From Catajapyx aquilonaris (Eukaryota): a stretch of DNA of 33,701 nucleotides. The translations under genes and the position numbers were made by a program. Below the pieces are notes generated by a model. It did no database searches. It saw only the letters and a list, made by a program, of their open reading frames with translations, and was not told the DNA's origin. This document shows, in pieces, positions 1 through 10,915 of the stretch (the first letter of the stretch is position 1; every line of letters begins with the position of its first letter). The DNA is taken from the NCBI GenBank assembly GCA_000934665.2, contig JYFJ02004333.1:1-33701 (forward strand), given 5' to 3'.

Positions 1-204
1 CTTTACTCGCCGCCACATTGTCCCATTTTTTCCAAAGTCTCATCAAATGATCTCACATCACAGCAATATATTGATCTTCAACGCGCATAGTTCATATTTC
101 AAGTTCCAACTGACCTAAAGGGTCATAATAATTATGTCCTTTATTTTCTAGCAGCGCTGTTTTAAGTCGTTAGAGGAACAGGAAGGATTCTATTTGTCAA
201 GTGT

Positions 205-403
205 CACTGCTACATTGTAAATCACAAAACATTAAAAGAGCAACACTGATTAGTCTCTCATGGAGCGTCAATGTTTAATGCGCTTTTGATACTTTTTTGT
301 TGCTAAAAAGCACCAAGAGAGCATTAGAAGATCATTAAAAATTGATGCTCCATAGGAAACTCACCAATGATGCTCTTGGTTTGAAATTTACATTATAGCC
401 GTG
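205..403. mobile_element. Old foldback/MITE-like element with CACTG/CACGG-type ends
   Basis: The left arm (cactgctacattgtaaat...aagagcaacactgattagtctctcatggagcgtcaatgtttaatg) is a degenerate reverse complement of the right arm (cattaaaaattgatgctccataggaaactcaccaatgatgctctt...atttacattatagccgtg). There is no clean TSD. Confidence 0.55.
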
Positions 404-2559
404 TAGGCAAAGAATTCTTTCGAGCAGGCTGACCTCCCGCTGTAACTGGCTCCAAAAATTATTGTGGGTCCCAGCTTTGAGCTTTCCCAGCAGATGGGAT
501 GCATCTGTGAACCCATCCCAACCTTCTCAGAAGGGCCCATGCCAAAAGTGAAAGCGGTACAATGCAGTTTTCCAAAAAGTCCTCCTACTATCCTTCTTTA
601 CTCTTAGGTCTGGTCCTAATGATGAGTTGAATAAAATTACTCTGAATTTTCTAATTTTAGAGTACAAGTTCTCTAGTATATAGGATCGTACGGTTTTTAA
701 AAAATCATTTTTTTCGTTTTTTTTCATTTTTTTTTACAGCTAGTCGCATGGGGCCCCTAAACGCCTGGGCCCCCCGGGCAAGTGCGCATCGTGCCCATAC
801 GGTAAGACGGCACTGCCTCGACAAATGTATAGGCTACATCGACAGAGATTAAAAACTATGTAAAAGCCATCTTTGTAACCTTGCCAGTTTTTTTTCTAGA
901 GTGGGGGCCGGTAGGGCAAGTTGTAACAATGGTACAACATACACGAACAATAACTTATTATTAGGCCTACTTGTAACTTGAAATGACTGGTGCTGTACCT
1001 CATTTTAGACATTTCTTTCCCAAAAAGGGTGCGGATACAGTGTAATAGGCCTAACGGGCGCCACATGTAGGCGCGCACACAGGGTATGTGTGCCACAATT
1101 GTGATTCTGACGACTCTGTACATCAAGAGGCCAGGATTGAAAGTATATGAGGATATGTCTCGTAATAATCTTGTAGCCAATGATGAAGAGTAGCCTGAAT
1201 TAAAAATTCGCCTCTGAGTTTGACATTATTGATATTTTTACACCCCGGTATTGAAGACCTCGGGAGAAAAAACAATCAAGGTCCATCACATGTGTAACTG
1301 AGATATTGCAATTTCAAACCTGGAAGAGCATAGGTTTTTTATTTATCGACATCAGTACCACATGTAGCAAATGGCAGGTCCACATGAAAATGTGGATAAG
1401 ACTGGGGTGTCAATGGCATGAGGCTCTGCAAATCATTGTAAAACTATTTCGCTTGTGAAATTGGCAGTCGCCCTGGATACATCTCACGAGGAGCGGACCT
1501 GAAGGTGCTACATGCCTCTTCACGACATCCGACGATCCCCATGGCTCATCAAAAGTGTTCCTGTGAAAGATGAGCTTGGGTTCGCTGTCAAGGATCTTCT
1601 TCCCTCTGCTTTTCTGGCTTTTCTGAATAGGAAATAGGCATTTTGAGACATAGAGTTTTTGTAGGTATGAATTACGCAAAAAAGGATTCGGCTTTCGACG
1701 TGGATCTGCAAAAAGCCAGAAGGAACAAAAGTTTCAGAACACTTGGTATTCTAAGCTAGTCAAACTATCCTATGGAATATGTAACTCGTTTTTGAAAAAA
1801 AAGTGGACCTTGATCGTTTTTCTCCCGAGGTCAGTCAATTATTCCCCTTGTTACGTGCAAATAAAATTTTCCCACATTATATCTTTTTAATATATTTAAA
1901 AAACCTTTAATTGCTAGACCTCCTATTTCGAAATCCTTTATTATATCAGATGCAGGGGTAAGAATAAAACACATGCAATTGCAGGGAGAGAAGAAAGGAA
2001 AACCCAGATATATTTTTTTTATAATGCTGAAGTACACCTTCTTATCTTTTTATAACATTATCTCCATCAGAGTGAGTCTCATTTATCATTCCGCTGCCTC
2101 AGCCTGAGAGTGACTGAAACGTAACTATTACTCTATTAGTTACGGATAATGTCAGTACCATGCTTAAAATTAATTTTCGCCAACTTGCTAATTTCATAAA
2201 TTTATGGTTTGCATTCAATTAGTATAACAACTGGAATTGGATAAGAAAGAGAACTGCCGGGCAGGTGGGAATTAATTAATTATGTTTACACTTCCGCCGG
2301 TAAAAACATCTAGCCTATAATAATTATGAAGTGGTCAATAACTGCAAGGGCCAGAGGCGCAGTATTTTAAACCCCTTGTAAATTATTTAATGCTACATGG
2401 AACTAACTGTTTTGTGCTCATTGCAGAATAATTTTTTCACGTACTAAATTGTAACTTTTGTCCAGCGGCTGCAAAAAGTTATTTATTCTTGTTCCTCTTC
2501 CAGCTGTAGATTGTTCTCTTTCCAATTCCGATTCCACTTTTGTCAGACTTTTCTACAAT

Positions 2560-2562
<3 letters not shown>

Positions 2563-2595
<33 letters not shown>

Positions 2596-2823
2596 NCTCC
2601 AAGGGTGGGTGGGAGGGGATGTGCAAAGTGCAAGTGCAATGTCTCTAATCGTCATTTTGTGAACTCCCCCGGGTGGCTTAGTCTGTCGGAAATTGCCACC
2701 CGAAACGAAGCCAGAGATGGCCCAACTCTGCACGAAAGAAGGTGGGAACCCCGGGTGGGGATTGAACCCGGGACCTTAACTTCCGTGGGCGCGCGCGTTA
2801 CCGCGGCGCCACTCCGTCTCCCC
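2563..2823 (-). mobile_element. tRNA-derived SINE, full length, with poly(A) tail
   Basis: The minus-strand head GGGAGACGGAGTGGCGCCGCGGTAA has an A box, followed by B box GGTTCAATCC. The ~33-nt poly(A) is the T run at 2563-2595. A perfect 16-bp TSD ACTTTTCTACAATAAT lies at 2547-2562 and 2824-2839. Confidence 0.93.
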
Positions 2824-3114
2824 ACTTTTCTACAATAATAGCAGTGCGTATCATCAATCACATCCAGTCTTATCTGATCATACACTTCGTACAGTAGCCT
2901 ACCTTCAACAATGGGCATGTCACTGGAAGAGTAAGCTGCTCCCAATGAAATTCCAGAATCCGTATTCAGGCCAGGTTTATCGAAGCGAATGAGTAGTATG
3001 TCATGTATGTGGCCCAGACCACTTGACCTATGCCCTTTGACACTCGTAATTACTTTTAATTACCATAATTAATTTTAATTGGTTTTAATTAATTTATTGT
3101 CACCAATCAATTAG

Positions 3115-3116
<2 letters not shown>

Positions 3117-3167
<51 letters not shown>
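3117..3167. repeat. (ATT)n microsatellite, about 17 units
   Basis: Read directly from the sequence. Confidence 0.95.
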
Positions 3168-3168
<1 letters not shown>

Positions 3169-3829
3169 TGCGAGGCACTCTTTGATCGTTCTGTTAACAA
3201 GATTTCTCATGCAGAGAGTCAGATCCATCAACTGTTCTGCATGAGATGTATTCCCGTCTCTTTTTTAATGTTCATTTTGCATCCATCTGGAACACATGAT
3301 ATATATTATAATAGTAGTACACCTTTCAAAAGAAACAAATGCAGAAGTAATTGCCCAAATACGTTATATGTCTCTTCAAAGAATCTTCATCTTCTCCTTC
3401 TGGCATTGCCATACTAGGCATGCTTGCCATACGCACACTGGATGGTCAGGCAGCTCTCTTTGGAATGCGGTGGAGACCTGCTTCCCAGGGTAGTGCCTCT
3501 TCCTTTCATTTTTTTATTTGTCAATTACCATCTGCTTCTATAGTTCCTGCGAGACAGAAACGTTCAAAACATTCCTAACAGGGAGATTATTGCTATTCAA
3601 TTCAGTACTTAATGTTAATAAATGGAAGAAAAAAAAAACATGTAGAGAATTACTGCACATTAGAAATGACCAACCCATTAATGTCCTCCAGGCGTTATTA
3701 TTCCCCAAGCATCAATAAATTACAAGCCAAACTTAACTGCAAATGAAGGCGATTACTTGCAATGTGGGATCTTTGTTGGTCATGTGACAAAAATTGACCA
3801 ATGAGAAGGAGCATTTCCTGGTAGAATAA

Positions 3830-4481
3830 CTCTATGCAACACAATATTTGTCCATGGAAATTTATTGAGTTATTTCCATGTTCCTTATTAGGTCATTCGT
3901 AACTCATAATGACCATTCATTTTGTCTTTCATTTGAAGAGCACAGGGGAAAAAGGGGGAATGTCACACAAAAAATGTCCATGAAAAATCGAAGAAATAGC
4001 TTTATTTCTTCACGTGTATAAAGAATAATAGGGATATCTTCACGTCATTATATGCAACTGTCACCCTTGTACCCATGGAAAGCCTCCAGGTATAAGTGTC
4101 ACCTATGCTACTATTGTACTGTGCACTTGGCAGGAACCCCAATGGAATTTGACATTCCCCCTTTTTCCCCTGTGCTCTTCATATTTTGTTTTTGACCTCA
4201 GCTCAGGGCAGTCAAATAATCAAAATCCTCAATATAAAGCAGTTTTTCCCAATCAAGTGGGGCTAAATGTTGCTAGACCATCTCGGATTTTTCTGAAAAC
4301 AATCACAGCTGTACACACCTATGCCGTAACACTGCATATCAAGTTTCTGCGAAATTGCGAATTACGGTGGGGATCAAAGACCAAATGAATTCCCATTATG
4401 AGTTACTTTGTGTCCTAAGGAACACGAATATGACGATGAATTTCCATGGACAGAAAAAAAGTCAAATTTTGTTGCATAGTG
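3830..4481. mobile_element. Non-autonomous CACTA/EnSpm-type DNA element, ~652 bp
   Basis: The right end reads CACTATGCAACAAAATTTG in reverse complement and the left end reads CTCTATGCAACACAATATTTG. Inverted subterminal tgtccatggaaatt motifs lie near 3849 and 4439. TAA flanks both ends (3-bp TSD). Confidence 0.75.
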
Positions 4482-5051
4482 TAATCTACAAGTAGTATAG
4501 CAGAGGCTTATTTGGATCATGTGATTAGCATGTTGATAGATTTATTAGGCTTTTTATGGCATACAGCAGCATTGGCTAAAGAAGGTTATGATGAGACGGC
4601 TATGTCAGCAATTAGTGACATTTCAAGAAATAATAAGGCACCTTCATTAAACTAGGACACGCCTCACATGGTATATCAACTTGGGAAGTCTCTCATTATC
4701 AGTTGAATATGTTTTAAACGGCGGTAATGCAAAAAACCTGTCCTTCTTACACATGACATCAGCCTGTGTGTCGCAGGCACTAATATTTTAATGCAGCATC
4801 GGTAAGCTTATTAAGCCGGCTTACAGGTATTAAGCAGAGAAAAAGTCCTTCATCACAACACTGCAAGTCCTTTTAAGAGCTTCTAGGGTTCTCATTTAGC
4901 TGATGAGGTAACACAGGACAGGAAGGATTGCAGGTTAGTTTCTGCCACAATAAATGCATCGTTGTCAATAATCGTAGTTAAACACAACAGGGTGGTGCAC
5001 TGTGCTGTATTACTACTGCTACCATTGTTACAGGAAGACAATTTGCCAAGG

Positions 5052-5294
5052 ATGACTGGACGTATCGCTTCATATTTGGAGAATGTGTATCTTCAGTACG
5101 AACTGTTATCAGGCCTGTATATGCTGGAGCCTCGGGAAAAACGCATGTTCAGTATCCTTTCACAATCTTGTTCAGAGCATATATGGTGTAATATCATTTG
5201 ATATGCGACTCTTTAACGCAAGTTAATAGACTCAACATTGCTGTTTCTGTTGGCCGTCAGCTTCTATTCATTATTTGCCTATCTCCGAGAATAG
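5052..5294 (+). CDS. SPTSS: Serine palmitoyltransferase small subunit (ssSPT), 54 aa, 2 coding exons
   Basis: Exons 5052-5151 and 5230-5294 give MTGRIASYLENVYLQYELLSGLYMLEPREKRMFNSTLLFLLAVSFYSLFAYLRE*. It has the family motif YLQY-x-L-x-x-LYMLEP-x-E-x-x-x-FNS plus a hydrophobic tail. A probable 5'UTR intron lies at 4934-5033. Confidence 0.93.
5152..5229 (+). other. U12-type (minor spliceosome) GT-AG intron, 78 nt
   Basis: The donor is GTATCCTTT. The branch site TCTTTAAC at 5210-5217 lies ~13 nt before the AG, and there is no polypyrimidine tract. Removing the intron restores the FNS motif. Confidence 0.9.
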
Positions 5295-5729
5295 CACCAC
5301 ACTCATGGACTCATATCTTCTGTTTAAAATCGCGAAGGGCTCTGAATTTGCATGAAATCTAATCTGGACTAATCCAGCATTTTGTAATGTTACCAAAATA
5401 CAGTTGATATTAACCAAATGTTAAGGCATGTTAATATTTGACAGAATTTTTAAGTGGCATTTGGGGGGGATTCTCAACTGCGTAGGGGCGGCCGAGGGGG
5501 TAAATCCGGCACTGCCTGGATGACTTACTTCAGTCATTCAGATTAGACCCTTCAGTTTGTAAGAAAAGCTGCACATAAATAACAACATAAAGCAAAGTTT
5601 GCGGAACCGGCTGTTAAACCCTGAGCGTGGATGGATTCTAGATGAGACTGCCTCGGTAAGTAAGGGGAATACTTGCCGCATAAATGTATGCTCTTGCCAT
5701 TTTTTATGGAGCTGCTGAGATTAAGTGAA

Positions 5730-5757
5730 AATAAAATCATTGCATTAATAATTTAAT
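5730..5757. terminator. Candidate back-to-back polyadenylation signals for the convergent SPTSS and ARL2-like genes
   Basis: AATAAA on + at 5730-5735 and ATTAAA on - at 5757-5752, between the two stop codons. Confidence 0.35.
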
Positions 5758-5833
5758 TGCCCAATTTTCTATCGTCAAAACTACGTATAAAGTAGCTTGT
5801 AACAGGATGGCACGTCACATCTTACGATGCCAT

Positions 5834-6741
5834 CTAAATTATGGCGTTAGGATCTCTCTTGCTCATTTCCTCTACGATCCATTCTATTCCTGAATAAATG
5901 TTGTCACCCATGAGAGCGCTGCAGCATTGCAGCTTCCACTTGTACCTCGTGACATTTTTCAGCTGAAGGCTCTGAAAAAATCAATTAGTGTCTAGCAAAA
6001 TCTGCACACATTCATCACACCAACCTCAGTGAGATCCGCCTGTAACATGGAGGATACTAGCTTTTTGGGTTTGTCCTGCTTGTTGGCCAGGATCAGAATG
6101 GGAGTATTCAACCTCTAGCAAACAGAAAGAGTGTATAATGAAACTCTGCCGCTATGGCATTAGGTGCTACTAAAGGGCCAGATGTGCTCATCACACAGCC
6201 ACAACGAAATAAAGGTGACTCTGGTTCACTTTCCGTTGCGGCTGAGTTCAGCTTATGCCATCTGCCCTGTTAATAAGTACTTCGTCAGACATCAGCTGCT
6301 GAAATTCCTTTCCAGACTCAAGGAAGCGCGACTGATCCTTGCTATCTACAATCCAAATAATCCCATCCGTGCCGTCAAAGTAGGTGTGCCAGTAGGACCG
6401 CTGTGACTCTTGACCTCCAACATCCCAAAAGCTCAGAGAGGACCTGAAAAGAAGAGAGAATAAGATGCCAAATTTCATTACCACATCAACATAGCCAACA
6501 TACCCTTTGTACTCCAGAGTCTTAGCACGGTAACCTTTGGTGGTAGTGAGGCTTTCGATGTCATCGTTACCAATGAGCCGCTCATAAATGGACGATTTCC
6601 CAGCATTGTCTAAACCCCTGGCTAGCGCTAAGGTTCAGAATTAGTCACTTTAAGGCACCAACTATGTAAAGGATACAGCAAGAGGATTCTGAACTCCTTT
6701 TCTTTACTCCTCAGGTTATGGAGAATGTTCAGGAGGCCCAT
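5834..6741 (-). CDS. ARL2: ADP-ribosylation factor-like GTPase, divergent ARL2-like, 189 aa, 5 exons
   Basis: Exons 6741-6677, 6617-6504, 6443-6281, 6114-6025 and 5971-5834 splice in frame: [31 protein letters not shown]...WDVGGQESQRSYWHTYFDGTDGIIWIVDS...ILILANKQD...CCSALMGDNIYSGIEWIVEEMSKRDPNAII*. G1, G3, G4 and G5 motifs are present. The MGLL start and exon layout resemble ARL2 as recalled; ARL3 is not excluded. Confidence 0.85.
6618..6676 (-). other. U12-type donor intron, 59 nt (ARL2-like intron 1)
   Basis: The donor is GTATCCTTT. A U12-like branch candidate AACCTTAGC (6635-6627) lies ~11 nt before the AG, and there is no pyrimidine tract. Confidence 0.8.
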
Positions 6742-7064
6742 ACCTTCTTGGCGGCACTACAAGGAGAGTCCTGAATTTTGATTTTTCTTGGCCATAAAAA
6801 TGGGTGAATCAAGGACAAATTAAGAGAGTGAATGAAATAATTTAGGAACTGTAAACAACTGCTACCTGGCATCGGCAAAATCAGTTTTGATCTGTTGTAT
6901 TGCACACAATTCGCTGGTCAATCTCTGCTGCCCCAAATAAGTACAAAAAAAAACTATGCGTAACATGATTTTATACACTTTTTGCATTCTCATGCACATA
7001 ACGGTACAAAAATAGAAACCCTGAATTTATCATTAGGCAGTGTTACGACAATTTTTCCCTGGTT

Positions 7065-10000
7065 TTAGAGGTTGCTTACAGTCCATCCGCTAGACTTTCT
7101 GATCTTTCCATGACTTTTACGTGATTTTCCAATACACTTGAGCCGCGCTTTGTGAGGAGGAAGTCGCATACATTTTTTCTTTGAAATCTTTTGTGGTCTC
7201 TTCTTTGTCTTTTTGCTGTTGAACTTGCGGCTAACCAAAGGACTCTGAGATGTGTCCATGGGCACTTCGTCTGCAACTGTTGTCATGTCCAGTCCAGGAT
7301 CATAATTCGACTTGTTAACAACTGTTGTCATGTCCAGTCCAGGATCATAATTCGACTTCTTAACAACTGTTTCTTTTGCCAAAGACAAAGAGGTGGATGC
7401 TTCACTTCTTGTCACAGGCTGACCAATGTCATCAACAGTGGTAAGAATGGCACTAGCTGCAGGCACTTCTGCTTTTTTCGTGACTTTCTGACTCTGGACA
7501 CTTTGTGAACCTGCAGCCACTGGCATCAGCTCATGTCGTGAAACAGATTCGCCAATGTCTTCTAGTATGTCTAACAGGTCAGGGTCCACAATAGACTGCT
7601 GCAGTGTGTTCATCTCCTCCCTATGTTCCACTCGGAAATTGTCCAAGCATTTCACTGTCCTGATCATCTTCTTCACCTGAGTTCTGTGGAAAAAGTTACA
7701 TCAAGTGACTTGGCATTGTTTGCGTCTAACTATTTCAGACTTACCCTGGCACATCGTCTAACCAGCTGCAGTCAAGCCATATTCTCAGCGAGTTTGGAAG
7801 TTCACAGTCCTCCGGCAACCAGTCACACCCAACTAAATTAAGGCGGCACAGCCAGGGATAAAGGACATCCCACCATTCACATGCCCATCGTGTCAACCCA
7901 TGGCAGATGACCCTGGCAAAATGGAGTCAAATTTTTGACATGTGAGGCTCTGAAACAGTGTTTAAATATATTGTTCGAGCGCTACACAAATTAAGGAAGC
8001 TAAAAAGGAAACAGCAGGTTTCGGTACACATTGGACATTGAGGAGCACTTTAGCAACGTTCTGGATCACACCTTCTAGAAAGTAAACATGACTATAGTTG
8101 GCAGAAAGCCAACAGGTCAGTGGAGAGTTCTGAGTAATGCTGTCAATAAGTCATGCGCAGAAGAACAGTGGGCCATTAAACCATGGAGGGGGGTACAAAT
8201 TGGCACACTGATAACTAATGAATAGAGAACGGATTTCTAGGTTTTTACCTACTTTTTATTTTGTAGGCAGAACACCGGAACCAAAATATCTATCCATTTC
8301 ATAACACAAGGACCTCAAAAATCGCAGTTTTATAGAACCTAAAAATGCCTATTTCGGGTTTTGGGACCTAAATGGCCTATTAGTGCCTATTAGTGCCTAT
8401 TTCGACCTTTTTTATGCCATTCGGTAAGATTTTCGAGAGTTCTGCAGGTTTTCCGTTCAAGGAATCCCTCCCACTTCAACCTGTGACAAGCGAAGAAGCG
8501 GTTGATCGGCAAGATCCCGGGTAATATGCCGTTAACAGCTATTGCGAGTCAAAATAACTGTTATTAATAGCAGTTAAATAAGCTGCTACATTCGGCCCGA
8601 CGGATTTTCTATCGGCCATATCGGCTTCCCGTGAGGGAGCATCTTAACTGTCGCCGAAAATCTGCGATTAACCAACGAAAATATGGAATAACTGCTAGTT
8701 TGTTACTGCTCTGCAAAATTCAATGGCCAGGAGTAGGCTGTAAATATGTGTAGAAATTAAAATAAATTTGAACCAGCTTGATTTATAGTGCCTATTTAAG
8801 AGCCTATTTTGACTGTTTTCAGGGCCTAAATGCCTACCTATTTGAGGGTTTTTGAGAACCTAGAAATCCGTTCTCTACTAATGAAGCATTTTTTCCCTCC
8901 CAAATAAAAGGGTGCTACTGAGAAAGACATTACTTCAGTTGTAAACTAGCACGTATGACATGTACAACATGCAATGTTTAGGTCATTAAGCACACACTCA
9001 AGCTGAGAGTGGGCTCCATTTGGAGTTCCACCTACACAACGATCAGCCCTATCCCCAGCTTCTAGTGGCCATGGGAAGTTGTCCAAACTGTTTGCTTCCA
9101 CCAGGAAGTGGAACCAAACTACAACACAAGCCCTCACATCATTGTTCCCTGGCCGAATGCATCAGCTATGGACAGCAAGTATCATGACTGGACAGGAAAA
9201 GAGGTTCTTCCTCAGGTTCAGGCACCTCATGGCTCCGTAATAAGGTAATAGTGGCCTACTTTGGGATATTTACATGATGCACTATTTTTAGCTCACTGAC
9301 AAAAGCTGACTTTGAGAATGCAGGTTGTCAGTTCTAGCAGCAGAGTCGCCAGCGATCCAGCCGTGGAGTCCACGAGTACGGCAGACTGCCATAGGTCAGC
9401 AACCACTCCCCGCCTGAACTTCCCGCCTGAACTTCAGAAAGAATGCAACAGGCACCCCGCCACCATCACAAAACCTTATATGTGTTGTAAACGTTATCTC
9501 AGCAGATGTGTGGTTGAAATATGATAGCTAAAAATTATCATTGGGTAATGAAATAACAGACCTAGTTCAATTCACTGGCACATTGTTACAACTATTGGAG
9601 TGTATTTAATCAAAAATTTAATAACATTTTCCTGTAAATACCTTCATCTATAAATCAGTTTAAACTGACAGCCATGTCAAATTACTAACCAATTTTCCAG
9701 CTCCCAAAATCTAATTGTGTACATGTCAATAAGTTACGGTCAGATCAATAATGCTCTCGAGTTTTTAACAAAAATAAGTCTTTTATCTCTGAACACGCTT
9801 CCACCATCTAGTTTTCATTAAACAGCCAAACGTTTCAGCTAATTTTCATGTTAAAAATAAAAAAGGTCAGTATAAAATGTTGGTCAAGTACATGAAACCA
9901 ATCTCACCATATCCGACTAAGAGTTGCCAAGTTGATCAACGCCACATTCCAATACTGCCCGAAAGCCATCCGCTGGAAGAGGTACGGAGCAGCCCTTTTG

Positions 10001-10915
10001 CAACAGTCGTAAATGTGAACAGTAATCTTGGAAAAGGCCTGAATCCGAACCAACAGGTACTGAAGCATCTGTCGGGTAGGCATATGGATATCTCGCTTGG
10101 GGTTGACAGGCAACTCACGCGGAACAGTGTCAGCAAAATTGGCCATTGCAGACAACAAGTCCAACGCCAGGTACCTCCTCAGAGCCTGCTTCACCTGAAA
10201 AATACTGGCATTAATACTTTGAACCAATTGCAACCTGTACTTCGCCATAAAATTTACTTTACACTCTGAGAATATCAGGGATCGAATCTTTTGTCCATGT
10301 GCTAATAAGTTCGTACTCCAAACATTTATCTGGAGTGCAAATCACTTATTTTGGCGTGCTTAATTTTTAATTACTTGGTTTAGCTAGTTTAAAAAAGTAG
10401 GACGTCACGCACAGTTTCGACACCATTTATTTCCAGTACGTTATGCTCCTTTTGTACTAATCAGACGTCCTTACTCTTTTGAGTGTCTGGTATCCCTTGT
10501 CAGCCCGAAACTGGTGCTTCATCCTGTAGATCATCCTGGACAGCAGGGCTCCTTCCACCTGCAACGCCTGCTGATTCCGCAGAACCCGAGTCGCATCCTG
10601 CAGCACCTTATAGAAGACCTTACTCTCATCTACAATTAGGCAAAGACATCTATAAATACACTAGTACATAATTTCATGACTTAATCAGCATTAGCATAGT
10701 GGCCACGTGCTCCTTTTTTTTGTTTGTTGAGAAACCATGTGGGTTTGAGTCTGTTTTTTTTTTTTTCCACATGCGAATTGTTCCGTGTAGATAGATCCTT
10801 TGGGTGGTAGTGTTATGCCCAAACCTTGTCCGATTTTCTTCACTTCCTCTCGGGTCAGGACGCACATGCTGTTGGGAGGAGGAGACAAGCGGAGGTCATT
10901 CCAGGGCGCCGCCAT
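7065..10915 (-). CDS. NEPRO: Nucleolus and neural progenitor protein / RNase MRP subunit RMP64 homologue (DUF4477), 439 aa, 5 exons
   Basis: Exons 10915-10825, 10629-10475, 10194-9908, 7912-7745 and 7683-7065 are all GT-AG and phase-consistent (1320 nt). The protein reads MAAPWNDLRL...EGALLSRMIYRMKHQFRADKGYQTLKRVKQALRRYL...MPTRQMLQYLLVRIQAFSK...LATLSRIWV...WLPEDCELPNSLRIWL...EDIGESVSR with a basic C-terminus, matching recalled NEPRO family motifs. Confidence 0.88.
7275..7371 (-). repeat. 45-bp coding tandem duplication (15 aa) in the NEPRO last exon
   Basis: aactgttgtcatgtccagtccaggatcataattcgactt occurs at 7275 and 7320, giving KSNYDPGLDMTTV twice. Confidence 0.95.
8223..8877. mobile_element. 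Non-autonomous hAT-type element (MITE), 655 bp, in NEPRO intron 3
   Basis: Perfect 21-bp TIRs TAGAGAACGGATTTCTAGGTT at 8223-8243 and 8857-8877. Perfect 8-bp TSD CTAATGAA at 8215-8222 and 8878-8885. Subterminal gcctatt repeats occur near both ends. Confidence 0.93.

Larger units (their letters stand above)
1410..3525 (-). pseudogene. Decayed spliced gene remnant, possibly of the transposon-associated SAMD3-like family
   Basis: A GT-AG intron at 3362-3287 joins MASMPSMAMPEGEDEDSLKRHIT to WMQNEH*KRDGNTSHAEQLMDLTLCMRNLVNRTIKECLAE. There is an in-frame TAA at 3265-3267 and the frame runs into an (ATT)n tract. Further splice sites: acceptor ctgtctcgcag near 3548, donor 2902, acceptor ttttgcag at 1706-1707 opening into the 1410-1679 ORF. 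The family resemblance is from memory only. Confidence 0.4.

Noticed and set aside
740..815. hAT-like MITE ends (...acggcactg; also ...tccggcactg at 5500-5514)
   Set aside because: Only single termini are visible, with no partner TIR or TSD.
2750..2823. tRNA gene
   Set aside because: It is the head of a SINE, with a body, poly(A) and TSD. The same applies to 21350-21425.
8946..9524. Nested gene in NEPRO intron 3
   Set aside because: It is a GC-richer patch, but no consistent exon chain or recognisable protein was found, and NEPRO splices correctly without it.
9904..10248. Stand-alone 114-aa ORF (likewise 7065-7676, 6248-6484, 4962-5201)
   Set aside because: These are exons of NEPRO, ARL2-like and SPTSS read through into introns.
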